Source: Azolla caroliniana (taxonomy: Eukaryota > Plantae > Polypodiophyta). Taken from it: a stretch of 64,000 nucleotides of DNA. The first letter of the stretch is position 1. Each line of letters opens with the position of its first letter. The stretch spans positions 4,774,001 to 4,838,000 of the forward strand of contig JBHGNT010000013.1 of assembly GCA_043228905.1 (NCBI GenBank). Reading direction: 5' to 3'. Made by a program: the position numbers and the translations under genes. Below the pieces are notes generated by a model, which was given only the letters and a program-made list of their open reading frames with translations, was not told where the DNA came from and ran no database searches. This document shows positions 12,340 to 24,600 of the stretch, piece by piece.

Positions 12340-15300
12340 TGAATACTCAAATGAGGAGCGCTCTCCCTACCGAGAAGTTGGATCGAAATAACTTCGCATC
12401 TTGGGAGTACAAGATGCACCAATAGCTTGTCGGACAAGGCTATTGGAGCTACATCAAAGGATCACATGAAGACCGACCCGCCGAAGCGGCTCCCGAATAC
12501 GCGACATGGGAGCAAGCCGCAAGTGGTGTGATGTATTGCTTGGCGACATGTGTTCATGATCACATGCTCGGCTACATTCACGAAGCCAAGACGCCGAAGG
12601 AGGCATGGGAAAATCTACGAAAGATTTTCGCGGCGAACACAATCGCAAGAAGGCTTCAACTTTGTAAGAGTTGAACAACATTCAACAAAGGGACATGTCC
12701 ATCACGACATACACCTCGAAGATCAAGGAGCTTTGCGATTCGCTCGGCTCAATAAGTGTAAATATCGATGATGATGAGATGGTTCAAATATGCCTCGGCG
12801 GCCTCGCACCATGGTTCGGCGTGATGCGAACCACCGTTCTAGCACAGGAGAAATCTCCCTCCTTCTTTGAGCTCCAATCAATGCTATTGGTCGAAGAAAA
12901 CCACGTGCATACAAGGAGCAATGAGTCGGAAGGCCACATGCTCTACACGCACTCGAACGGAGGAAGAGGATGCGGACGGTCGAGAGGCCGATTCGGCCAA
13001 GGACAAGGTGGACGAGGTCCGACCTATGATAACAACTCCCAATTTCGGCCGCAAAACGGAAGCCAACGAGGAACCTTCACAGGAAGGGGGAGCTTCCATT
13101 CCGGTGTAATGTGAATCTTCACACACTATGTAAAAAAAAAAATGAAATAATTATTATAGATTAGATTAGTAGAGTATTATAGAAAAATGGATATACTCAA
13201 GAGCTTCAAAACGTTTTTTACTATATACAAAATGGAGAAATACATATCAAGTTATGAGAAAATAAAGTTTGAGAAGATAGGGAAATTAGAACTATCCCAC
13301 ATAGATAGGAAAGTTAAGGCCCTGGCTATATAAACACCTTGAGCTCCCTCATTTTTCATTTGTGCTAAGAGCACTTTGGCCACTTTGTCTTAATGGATGA
13401 TGGTGGCCAAATTCCCTAAAACCGGAAACCGGTCGGTAAGCAAATCCGGAAATTGGCCGGTATGCAATCCGGAAACTGGCCGATATGCAAAACTGGAACC
13501 GGCCGGCAAGCAAAATCGGAACTGGAATCGACCGGCAAGCAAAATGGAACCGGCTACGGGACGAGGTTGGACGCGGACGAACGAAAGATTGGATCATGCA
13601 ACAAACTAAAGTAAAGGTCAAGTGGACGGTCGCATGTAACTAAAGAAAAAGCCATGCAACTAAAAATAGATTCAACGAAAAGAAAAGCTATGCAACTAAA
13701 AGTGGAGGCATATGATCAACGAGGAACTCCATATATAATTCCATTTTTTTTTTTTCCTAGACTGGGATACTCTCCATATTATCTTAATTTTCTTCTCAAC
13801 TCCCTTATCTTAGGGAAGCCATAACTCCCATAAACCCTAAAATTCCTTTCGGAAGCCATAACACTCAAAAACCCTAATCTTCCCTACGGAAGCCATAATA
13901 CTCATATAACCTAATCCTAATCTTCCCTACGGAAGCCATATCTACCAAAACCCCTAATTTTTCTTTTCTATTAATCTTAGTAAACCTAAAACTTCTAAAT
14001 TCCAATCTTGGGACATATTGTAATTTCTTTTTCCTTTGTTAATGAAAATTATTAAATTTCTTCTTTCTGTTATTTGTTAAAAAATATAAACGCACGAATG
14101 TGATTATCCTCTGGTCGGAGGCCCCGGGGTCTTGCCTCAACGTTCACGTATCCTCGTCGTATTTTCGCGACACCGGCCTGCGCCGTCAGAACGCAACCAA
14201 ATGCGGATATTGCGGAAAGCTCGGCCACCATGACGAAGAGTGCCGAAAGAAGATGCGTGAATCGGCTTCCACAACCGAGAACTCACGAATTACGCACACA
14301 ATTCCGACTACGAAGAGTATAGCAGAATGTATGGGCACAACTCCGACTACAAAGATCGTGGCGGAATGTACGCACACAACTCCGACCGTGGCGGAATGTT
14401 CATGATGAAACATAGAGCAAACTCTATGTCGGCCTCTACCTCAACTAATGCCCTCAATTCGGAGGACGTATGGTTTGTTGACTCCAGAGCCTCATACCAT
14501 ATGACATCTCATAAAGAATGGTTTCTCAAACTTCGAGAGCCGGAGCGACCCGATTATGTAGAAACCGGAGATGACACTACGCACCCGATTCGGCACATCG
14601 GCAATGTTCCGTTCGGTGAAAGAGGTAAGCAAACATACATTAAAAATGTCTTGCATGTTCCCACCATCATGAAGAATTTGGTCTCGGTTGGAAAAATGGT
14701 TGAGCAAGGGATGCAAGTACGATTTGACCAAGAAGGGTGCTTCATCGAAAAAGAGGGCCGAATCATCGCGCGTGGAAGAAGAGAGGGCTGGATGTTCATT
14801 CTTGATTCACGCGAGATGAAATCCGCCATTTTCGCGAAAAGCATAAAAGCCGACCCCGACATAGAGCTAAGGCACAAGCGAATCGGCCACATCAATCTCA
14901 ACAAACTCAAATCAATGAAATCGAAAGGAGTCGTCATCAGACTCCCGACATTCAAAGAGAAGGAGATTGAATGTGTATGCGAAGCATGCCAATTCGGCAA
15001 GCAACACCGACACCCATTCCCGAAAGAGCGGAACGTGAGCAAAGGTCTACTTGACGTAGTCCATTCCGACGTATGGGGACCGGCACAGATGGCTACATTC
15101 GGTGGATGCCGATATTACGTGCTCTTCATCGACGACTTCTCCAGGCACACTTGGATTTACCCGATGCGGCAAAAGAGCGAAGTGTTCGGACACTTACAAA
15201 TATTCAAGAATGAAGTCGAGAAAGCCACGGGTCGACATGTACGTTGTCTTCGATCGGATGGCGACAAGGAGTACTTCTTGGACGATTTCATGACGTATCT

Positions 15301-17712
15301 CTGAAAGGAAGGAATTCAGCGAGAATTCACTTGCCGACACACTCCGAAACAAAATGGAGTAGCCAAGCGCAAAAATCAGCACATGCTCGAAGTAGCGCGG
15401 CCCATGATGAACGAGAAGCATATGCCCAAGTCATATTGGGCCGAAGCTGCAAATACGGCCGTCTACCTAATGAACCGATGCACAACATCCGGCGTGCACG
15501 AGGTCACTCTGCACGAAAAATACTTTGGAAAGAATCCGGAGTTATCCCACACCCGGATATTCGGCGTGATAGCATACATGCACATCCCCGACGAGAAGCG
15601 TCAAAAGCTTGACCCAAAGTCGGAGAAATGTATCCTTGTAGGATACTCACTGGAGCAAAAGGGGTACAAGTGCTACAACCCCTCAACTCGAAAATCTCGA
15701 GTAAGTCGAGACGTCGTTTTTGACGAGTCCGCATCCTGGTACGCACCAGAGACAACTCTGACTCCGACTCCGCTGGACCGGGAATCCGCCGAACAAGAGA
15801 TACAGGATGAAGATCACCTTACGCGCATGTTCGAAGAAAGTCCGATCACGACCCAACTGAGTGGACCACAAGAGCCTTTGAGCGATCAAAGCACATCACA
15901 GCCTAGCCCGAAGATGGACAAAGGCAAGTCGAAAATGGCGGAATACGCAGATGATCACTTCGACGACGATGAGTCGACTCACTCACTCGACAGTGAGTTC
16001 GGTGGTTTCGAGGTACCAATCGGAGCTAAGAAAGCCCTCATCTTTGCAAATGAAAAGCTCCGTCGCTCCACCCGTGAAAAGAACCCCGTAAGCCGATTCG
16101 GCTACAACGATTATATGGTGTACCATTACGCCTTTATGATGAAGGTGGTGACAGTACGCAAGCCGGAAACTTTTTCCGATGCAGCCAAGGATCCGCGATG
16201 GATCGAAGCCATAGACGAGGAGATGCAGGCACTACGCAAGAATGAGACATGGGATCTCATTCCCACCTCACCACACAAAAAGGCGATCAGATGCAAATGG
16301 ATTTACAAAGTGAAGTACAATGCCGACGGTTCTGTCAACCGCTACAAAGCGCGACTTGTAGCGAAAGGCTATAACCAAACGCACGACGTTGACTACGAAG
16401 AGACCTTTGCCCCGGTGGCAAAGATGACGATGGTACGGACCGTAATTGCGCTTGCCGCGGCGAAAGGGTGGCACCTCCATCAAATGGACGTCAAGAACGC
16501 CTTTCTACAAGGCGAATTAGAAGAGGAGGTGTACATGATCCAACCACCCGGCTTCAAATCGAGCATCCATCCGAAAATTGTATGTCGACTCAAGAAGCTA
16601 CTCTATGGCCTCAAGCAAGCACCATGTGCTTGGCATTCGAAGATAATGCAATATCTTCATCAAATCGGCTTCCGTATGTCAAAATCGAACAACTCCCTCT
16701 ACATACGAAGCGATTCCGCAAGTCCGATCGTCATCATCTTATATGTGGATGACCTAGTCATTGGAGGTGAGCATCTTGTCAAAATCAATAAGGTCAAATC
16801 CCTCCTTTCTGACAAGTTCGAGATGACGGACATGAAGGAGCTCCACTACTTGGCATCGAGGTAATTCGGACTCCGGCCGGAATCATGATCTCTCAACGGC
16901 ACTACATCCTCAACTTGTTATACAAGTTCGGGATGGCTGAGTGCAAATCCGCGGCAACCCCGCTCGATCGCAATCTCAAACTAGATGCGAACTCCGGCAC
17001 CAAAGCGTGTGAGCCGACTCAATATTGGCAACTCATCGGGAGTCTCATCTACCTCACGATCACACGACCCGATCTCAGTTATCTAGTCGGTTTCCTTAGC
17101 CAATTCATGCAAACACCGCGTGATACTCACTTGGATTGCGCTAAGAGAGTTCTACGCTACGTGAGCGGCACAATGGATTGAGGCATCCTCTACAAGACCG
17201 TGATGCCAATACGATTCGAGGGGTACACAGACGCCGATTGGGCCGGCTACCGTCGCTCTTTCGGATTTGTTTTCTCCCTCGGCAGCGGAGCAATATCCTG
17301 GAGTAGCAAGAAGCAGCCTAGCATCGCTCTTTCGAGTACGGAGGCGGAATACAGGGGCGCAACCGTAGCTGCGTGTGAAGCCGTATGGCTCAAGAGGATT
17401 TTGAAGGACGTGGGAGTACCCATCAAGGATCCGACTTCCCTTTACTGCGACAACATGAGCAGTATCTATCTGGCTCGGAATCCAGTGTTCCATGCGTGGA
17501 CAAAGCACATCGAAGTGCACTATCACTTCATCCGAGAGCGCGTTCTAGCTAGCGATGTCGACCTACAACACATTAGCACCAATCTTCAAATGGCCGACAT
17601 CTTCACTAAAGCCTTAGGAGCCGACAAGCTATGGCAATTCATGACCGATCTCGGATTGACAATTCTTGACCTGCCAAGCTTGAGGGGGAGTACTGAAGAC
17701 ATTATGCAATAA
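12340..17712 (+). pseudogene. pol: Copia gag-pol (gag, PR, IN, RT, RNaseH) with stops and frameshifts, split by a solo LTR
   Basis: CGYCGKLGHHDEEC; WFVDSRASYHM; HSDVWGP; MDVKNAFL; LYVDDL; HIEVHYHFIRE. Confidence 0.93.
13105..14172 (+). mobile_element. Solo LTR (gypsy, probably Trp lineage) with 4-bp TSD CCGG
   Basis: TGTAATGTGA...TTCGCGACA; CCGG at 13101-13104 and 14173-14176; copia gag continues across it. Confidence 0.92.
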
Positions 17713-19494
17713 CACATGGATTCCGCAAACCGCGCACACTACGCAATAACGCGTGGATTACGGAATCCATGCAACGAAGCCGTGAAGAGCCGATCTACCA
17801 TGCAAAGCCGCGAAGAAAAACGCAAGCCGAAGCACAGACTTCGCAACTACACACAACGCAAGCTGGAGCACGTATTCTGCAACTCTGTATAAATGCGAGT
17901 CGATGCGGACTCCAGAACGCGAGTCGAAGCGGATTTCGGATACCGTATGAAACCGACCTGACTAGAGCTTGAGGGGGCATGTTGAGAATCAAGCTCAACT
18001 TGGTCTAGTGTGTGAACTCACCTTGAGAGTGAATAGACACTCCAACAGTCAAGAGTCACCATTATGTCACCACTTTGTATTCTAGCATTTAGTATGAGTC
18101 ATAGAATCATATTCTATGACACATAACTTATGAGCTTTCACATTCCCCATGCTCCATGAGTCTTGTAGTTAATGTAGAGAGAGGGTGACTATATAAAGCA
18201 CCCTCCTCCCACCTTGTAAAATGTTGAGTCTTTCTCCTTTGTTAATACAATCTACCTTGCGTATACTCTGTGTCTTACTTCTCACTTACTCACTCTCTCT
18301 CTCTCATACACACACAGTTCACACCTATTCTGCTACACAAGAATCATACCTGATTCTTTACATGTTTCTTCCACCAAATTGGCCTGTTATCTCAACGGTT
18401 CGGTCGATGGCCTTTTCTAAGGTTGCATCATTATTTCGAGCTCTCATCATATGCTCGACAATAGCCACCAACATTTCCACTTCGTCAGGTTGGGTGTGTT
18501 AAGCATTTGGATTGCAACAGAACCAATCATGAATAAGAGCGCATCAACAAGGATGTAGTATGTGTTGAAGGGCCTACGAAGAGGAAACGGGAAGAGGAAA
18601 AGAGGCAAAGGGACGTCCAAATGTGGAAGGCCCATACCCTAAACGTGAATGCTATATAAACCACATAATAGTGGCTTTGTAAGGATTCTTCCATTTGTAA
18701 AGATCTTCCTATTGATTAAGAGCTAGAGCTCCCTCTCCTCCTTCTTGTAAGCTTTAAGCTTAAGAGAGATTAGTGAAGTGTTTAGTTAGAGAACACTAAT
18801 CTCTCTTCCTTGTTGGTGCTAGAACTCTTAGCAAAGAGGGTTAATAAACATATTCATTACTCTTATTGTCTACATTCATTACCCTATTGTTTATGAGAGC
18901 GAGCTTGAGAGAGTGAGAGAGATATCGTGCTTAATCATCTATTAATCGTTAAGTGAGTGTGAGGCTCGGAGGTGTCTGACAACCATCTCCACCTGATTCG
19001 CCATCAAAAGGGTATACGCAGGTTTGAACTCTGCAAACGACATCGGGGAGTTAACTCCGTCGATACATAGATCGTACACATCTATTTGGTGTCGCTGCCG
19101 GGGATACGACCAACGCTTGAAGCCGATTTCGAGTAGTCAAAAATTCGTAGGAAACCCACTTAACTACTATTTCGTAGGAAGAAATCGAAAGGAAACCACT
19201 ATTTTCTGTTTTTTGCTCACTCTTTCATAGTTTAATTAAGTTAACTTTTGGTTTTTTAAAACACTTACTATTTCACATTTTCATTAAGTTAATTTTTTGT
19301 TTTTAAAGAAGTTTTAAATTACCCTTCCTTAATCGCCCAGACATTAGCAAGCTATTCGTTCGGTTAACACTAAGCATTGTTGAGATTTAGCCGTTGCAGG
19401 GCAAACATAACCACCGCGATTCTCGCGGATTACAATCATCCTATGGGACACGAAACAACTGTTGGCGCCAAAAAATTCAAATTCCCCCCGCAAA

Positions 19495-19775
19495 GTTCGT
19501 CGAAAGATCAAAGTTCGATAAGGGAATCATCCTTCGATGAAAGATCAAATTTCGACGAATCCACATCCTTCGACGAAAGATCAAAGTTCGACGAACCCAC
19601 ATCTTTCGACGAAAGATCCAAGTTTGATGAACCCACATCTTTCGACGAACCCACATCCTTCGACGAACCCATATCCTTAGACGAAAGATCAAAGTTCGAC
19701 AAACCCACATCTTTCGACGAAAGATCAAAGTTTGACGAACCCACATCCTTCGACAAAGATGAAAGTTCGACGAAA
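19495..19775 (+). repeat. 36-bp tandem repeat built from two 18-bp subunits sharing TTCGACGAA
   Basis: TTCGACGAAAGATCAAAG alternates with TTCGACGAACCCACATC(C/T); translates as SFDERSKFDEPT repeats. Confidence 0.9.
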
Positions 19776-21334
19776 TCGCAAAAGCTTGACAAGAAAACAT
19801 GGCCGGATCCTCATGGACAGAGATGTTCAAAACCCGACCCACACACCAGGAGGAGTCCACCCAAACCAACCAAATACACAATGCTGACCCACCTAACCCG
19901 ACTCGGTACCACGGAGGGTGGCTAACTCTGGGGACACTACCAAACATGAACCTCCCATCGAGCCCAGGAACTGAAGCACCTCTCAACACGCCCCCACTAC
20001 AGGAGAGCCCAATGATAGACCCACTTAGCGTAGAGAGACACATACGAGACACCGCACAGGAGTTACGAGTGATAGAACAAGAAATCAATCTATGGATGGT
20101 ACAACTCACGAAAGGAGGACAACTGGAAAGCATCACTTGAGATATCGAAGCCGCTTTGGCGGAAAGGAAAGACAGATTCACGAGTGCAACAAAAACTTCA
20201 CCTCCTAGAAACATCGTTGCACATGCACTGTCGAGGCCGTGAGCGCAGCCCCCTACCGCATTCGAGCACAACAGGCGACAGTCCAAATGAAACCCACACG
20301 CAACGACACTCGACACCACCACGTATGGACATGACCCCTACACCCGACCAAACTGCCCTGACACCCCCAAACGCCAAACACACAGTAGCGTTATAATCCA
20401 TCCAAACCCTCGTAGCATTGATGGAAAAAGAGCGAGCACCAACGGACCATCCGAGAAACACTACGAATGACAACGGGAAGAGTGCTTCCATTTCTAAACT
20501 AGTACCCCGTTTTCTCGGTTTTGGTGATGCCTATGATCATGTTGAGAGGTTCAAACAAATTTGTCGCGCTTATGAACCCCTCATAAAGACCACCAAGGTA
20601 GCCGAATTTGGGCTTACACTCGATGACCAAGCTGGAATTTGGTTTCGAACCTTGAATGAAGACATCGTGGAGGATTTCGAGTACGTTTTCATGACGATTT
20701 TCGGCTACGGTGTGAAACCGAGTGAGACGAATAAACCAAGGATGTGCAACATTGCACATGCACTTAGCAAATAAACCTAAGGCCTAGTGGCACTTGAGTT
20801 CATACAGAGGGGTGCAAGCAAGGTTTGAACCTTTCACCTCTAAGATACAAGATGATTGCCTTACCATTAGGACAACTATCATATAAGTAGATTCTATGTA
20901 TTTCCTTTTTATATACGAATTATAGATGAAACAACCATAGAAAACCATGTGCACAAAACCATGGTTCTAAACCCATGGTTTGTGCATGACATAAGCAAAA
21001 CCGTGTGCACAAAACCATGGTTTTAGCCCATGGTTTTGTGCATGTCACAAGCATGGAAAGACCTATAAAAGCCTCTAGTTGGGCTTGTGTAAGGGGGGCT
21101 CAATATGTGATATCACCAACTCCATTATCATCAATATAATTATATTTGTCTTCATCTTCTTCATATTTTTCTACTTCTCAAGAGTACAATTTTTCTTCTT
21201 CTCAAGTAAACCAATTTCATCTAATCTTACATTGATCATCATCTCTTCGATAATTCTGCAAACATCCTCCCCAGTCCAAGACCCCGGTGGTCGCTCAAGT
21301 AGCGCACGCGCACGCGAATCTTCGCGACATCATT

Positions 21335-21351
21335 TGGTGAACCCGACGTGA
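21335..21351 (+). promoter_or_regulatory. PBS complementary to the 3' end of plant tRNA-Trp
   Basis: Reverse complement TCACGTCGGGTTCACCA; identical PBS at 26344-26360. Confidence 0.85.
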
Positions 21352-21373
21352 AGAGCAGTAGGGGAGGACGAAG

Positions 21374-21634
21374 ATGGATGGAGAATATCTCATGGAGGCA
21401 ATGTCAAAAAGGATGATGGAGTTTCTGAGAGAAGAGAAAAGACGAAATGAAGCCCAACAAGCCGTCGATAGGGTAGTCGAGCGAGTGAGCTATCTCAACG
21501 GCGCTGAAGTCCAAAGTTTTCTAAAAGTCTACAATGCGGAGATGGATTCAAGAGGTGTGGACGAAGTGTAAAAGATTGCTTGTGGAAGCGTTAGAAAGAA
21601 CAATACACAAAGAGAGAGAGCGAGTACGCGGGAG

Positions 21635-21687
<53 letters not shown>

Positions 21688-24600
21688 ACACTATTTTCCA
21701 AAGTTATATGAATACTTTGTGCTCTGTATCTACAACGCGCTCATCATCGCTATTTATATAAGTCCACACGGGACTGTTAGAAGTATGGTGTACTTCAATG
21801 CTCACACGAGCATCTGACACTAACTATGAGACTATAACTACCTAGTAGTCTAACCTATACTAGGCTTCCAGTTACGGACTGGATCCGGCATACCGGCTCC
21901 CCAACTCACCGGTCCTTACTGCTTACCGGCTCGGTTTCTCACCGGCATACAGATTCATCTCGCTTACCGGCTCAGGCTTATTCAGCCGATCTGGCTCCGG
22001 TTGAGCTTGCCGCTAAACACTCCCCCTCAAGCTCAACCTAAGGTAGGGTCGTAGTGTCAACCTCTGTGGCAGCCGGTTCTTCCAACCGACTTCTCCTGGC
22101 GTCGCTTCGCCTTGCTCGCGCTCTTTGTCCGGTCCGGTCCCGTTTGCCGCGACCCCTTTGGTTTTGCGCGCCTCGACCTTTGGCATGTCTGATCAATAGG
22201 CCCATCTCAGCTCCTTCGCTACTATGACTCCGGCGCTTGCTGATCCGTCGGTTCCTCCGCGATGGCATCGACTTCCGCTGCGTCCGTGTCTCCTTGGCCT
22301 CTCGTTGATCCGACTCATCCAGATCCATTTGTTGATCCGAATCGGCTGTCTTCGACTTGTTCCAGCTCTTGTCCGAATCGGTATCCTCCGATTCGATTTT
22401 CGGCTTCAGGCCTCTCACCACATCGGACCACGTCCGGGTCTTGGCCTTCTCCGTGCTTCCCTTGGCTTCTTCAGTTGGTTCACCGACTTGTTCGGATGTG
22501 CCGACTTCCTTCGTCGACTCGGCTTCATTTTTCTTCTTGTCTCCACCTCTACCGGTTCTTCTCTTACCTACGGGTTCAACAGTTTTTTTTTGCCTTTGCC
22601 CGTTTCAATAGTGTCTTTGCCCTTGCGTCTCCACCTCAAGTGCGGCACGTCGAGATGCTGAACACCAAGCATTTCGGTAAAGTGCTGCAACTTGTCCGAC
22701 CCGAGCGGCTTGGTGAAGATGTCGGAAACTTGACGATTCGTGTGAACATACCGTAGTTCAACTTCACCGCTCAAGACCCGCTCACGCACGAAGTGATAAT
22801 GCACTTCTATGTGCTGTGCGAGCATGGAACACAGGGTTCTTGGCGAGCTGCATGCTGTTGAGGTTATTGCAGTAGATCAGGATCGGGGTCGGTACCTTGA
22901 TCCGTAGGTCTTGCAGTAGCCGCCGAAGCCAAATGGCTTCACAGGTGGCTATGGTCGCGCCCCGGTATTCAGCCTCAGTGCTGGATAGAGCCACTGTTGG
23001 CTGCTTTTTGCTGCTCCACGCAACAACCGCACTCCCAAGAGAAAACATAAAGCCGGAAGTTGAGCGACGATCCGTTGCATCGCCAGCCCAGTCGGCATCC
23101 GTAGAGTCGACAAGCTCTTCGGTTATACCTTGCCGGTATAAGAACCCCCGGTCCTTGGTGCCGCTTACATACCGCAGTATTCGTTGCGCCCACTGAAGGT
23201 GCTCCACGGTCGTCTTCTGCATGAATTGGCTTACCACTCCGACCAGATAGCTAATGTCGGGTCAGGTGATGGTCAAGTAGATCAGGCTTCCGACTATTTG
23301 TCGGAACCGTTTCTCATCGCAGTCTGGTCCGGAGTTGGGACAGATCTTCTGATTCCGGTCCAGGGGTGTGGAGACAAGTCGGCATTCTGTCATGCCGAAC
23401 TTGTACATCATATTCAACACATAATGGCGTTGAGAAAGCAATATGTCATCGGGGGTGCGGATCACCTCGATCCCCAAAAAATAATGAAGGTCCCCCAAGT
23501 CCTTCATATCGAATGCGTCCGACAACTGGGACTTGACGCGGTTGATTTCCGGAAGACCTGGGCCGGTGATGACTAAATCATCAACATGGAGTAAGATACA
23601 TACCAGACCGTTTGAGCCTTGACGGATGAACAGGGAAGAGTCCGACTTAGAGGCAACAAACCCCATCTTTTGCAACCGGTGCATGGTCTTAGCATTCCAA
23701 GCACGGGGGGCTTGCTTCAAGCCGTACAACGACTTCCTCAGCCGGCATAGCGCCAACTTGTTCACCTCCGACTAAAATCCAAGGGGCTGAGTCATAAAGT
23801 CATAAAGGCTCAGGCTTATTCAGCCGATCCGGCTCTGGTTGAGCTTGCCGCTCAACACGAAGTTATGAGGCTGGAGTACTTTTGTCTAGTGGTGTCTCAA
23901 CCGATCTTCAAAGATGTAAAAGAGCTTCTAGAAGCTCATGATTCGTGGGCGACTTTCGAGAAGGCTCTATTGGAGAAATATGGCTATGAGAGACTGAAGG
24001 GACGAGATCGACGCAACTTCGACCAATGGGTGACATCGGCGAAGACCCACCAAGGCGCGACACAAGATTTCGTAGACTTCGAGCGTAATTTTTTTCAACT
24101 CTCGGAGTGGGAACAAAGATTGGTGGGGGTCGATAAGGTCTTTATGTTCATGAAGTCAATCGATCGAATGGAAAAGATGGCCATCGGCCTCAAACTCGAA
24201 GAAGATGATAGTGCAAATGGCCTCATCGAGGATTGGAGCAAAGTGGAAAGTGTATGCCGACTACACGATAAGGGGCGAGTGAGAATATCGACGACAACAA
24301 GACGACCCACGAGGGACAATCAAAGAGGGGTGAGATGCAGCAACGCGCCACCAACAAAAGAAATAAAGCGTAAAAGGGAGACAAAACCGAGGCGAATGGT
24401 GATCGAGGAAGAAAAGACCTCCCAACAAATGCGGGTTAATGAAGTGGTCGATACAAAGGCTCATGTTCGGTATGCCGGTACCGAGAGAGAAGGTGCGAAA
24501 CAAGTCACCTTCTTGTCTTACGAAGAAACGACGGCCAAGGAGGAGGCCATCACAGGAACACACGCTCCCGATGAACAACGCTCGGCCACAACTAAGCTTA

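Larger units (their letters stand above)
11795..18362 (+). mobile_element. Full-length Ty1/copia element D (LTRs 11795-12179 and 17980-18362, TSD TGTTT)
   Basis: Near-identical LTRs TG..CA; Met-i PBS 12180-12191; PPT 17971-17979; TGTTT at 11790-11794 and 18363-18367. Confidence 0.96.
4771..18496 (-). mobile_element. Trp-lineage Ty3/gypsy element C (3' LTR 4771-~6332, pol, gag-PR), interrupted by copia 11795-18362 and cut at 18497 by another LTR
   Basis: LTR starts TGTTGTGAAA after ACGT; PPT complement TCCAGTCCCACC at 6333; pol and gag ORFs are homologous to 26384-31999; gag resumes at 18363-18496. Confidence 0.88.

Noticed and set aside
19495-19775. CRISPR-like regularly spaced palindromic repeats
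   Set aside because: There are no unique spacers and no cas genes, and the context is a eukaryotic retroelement
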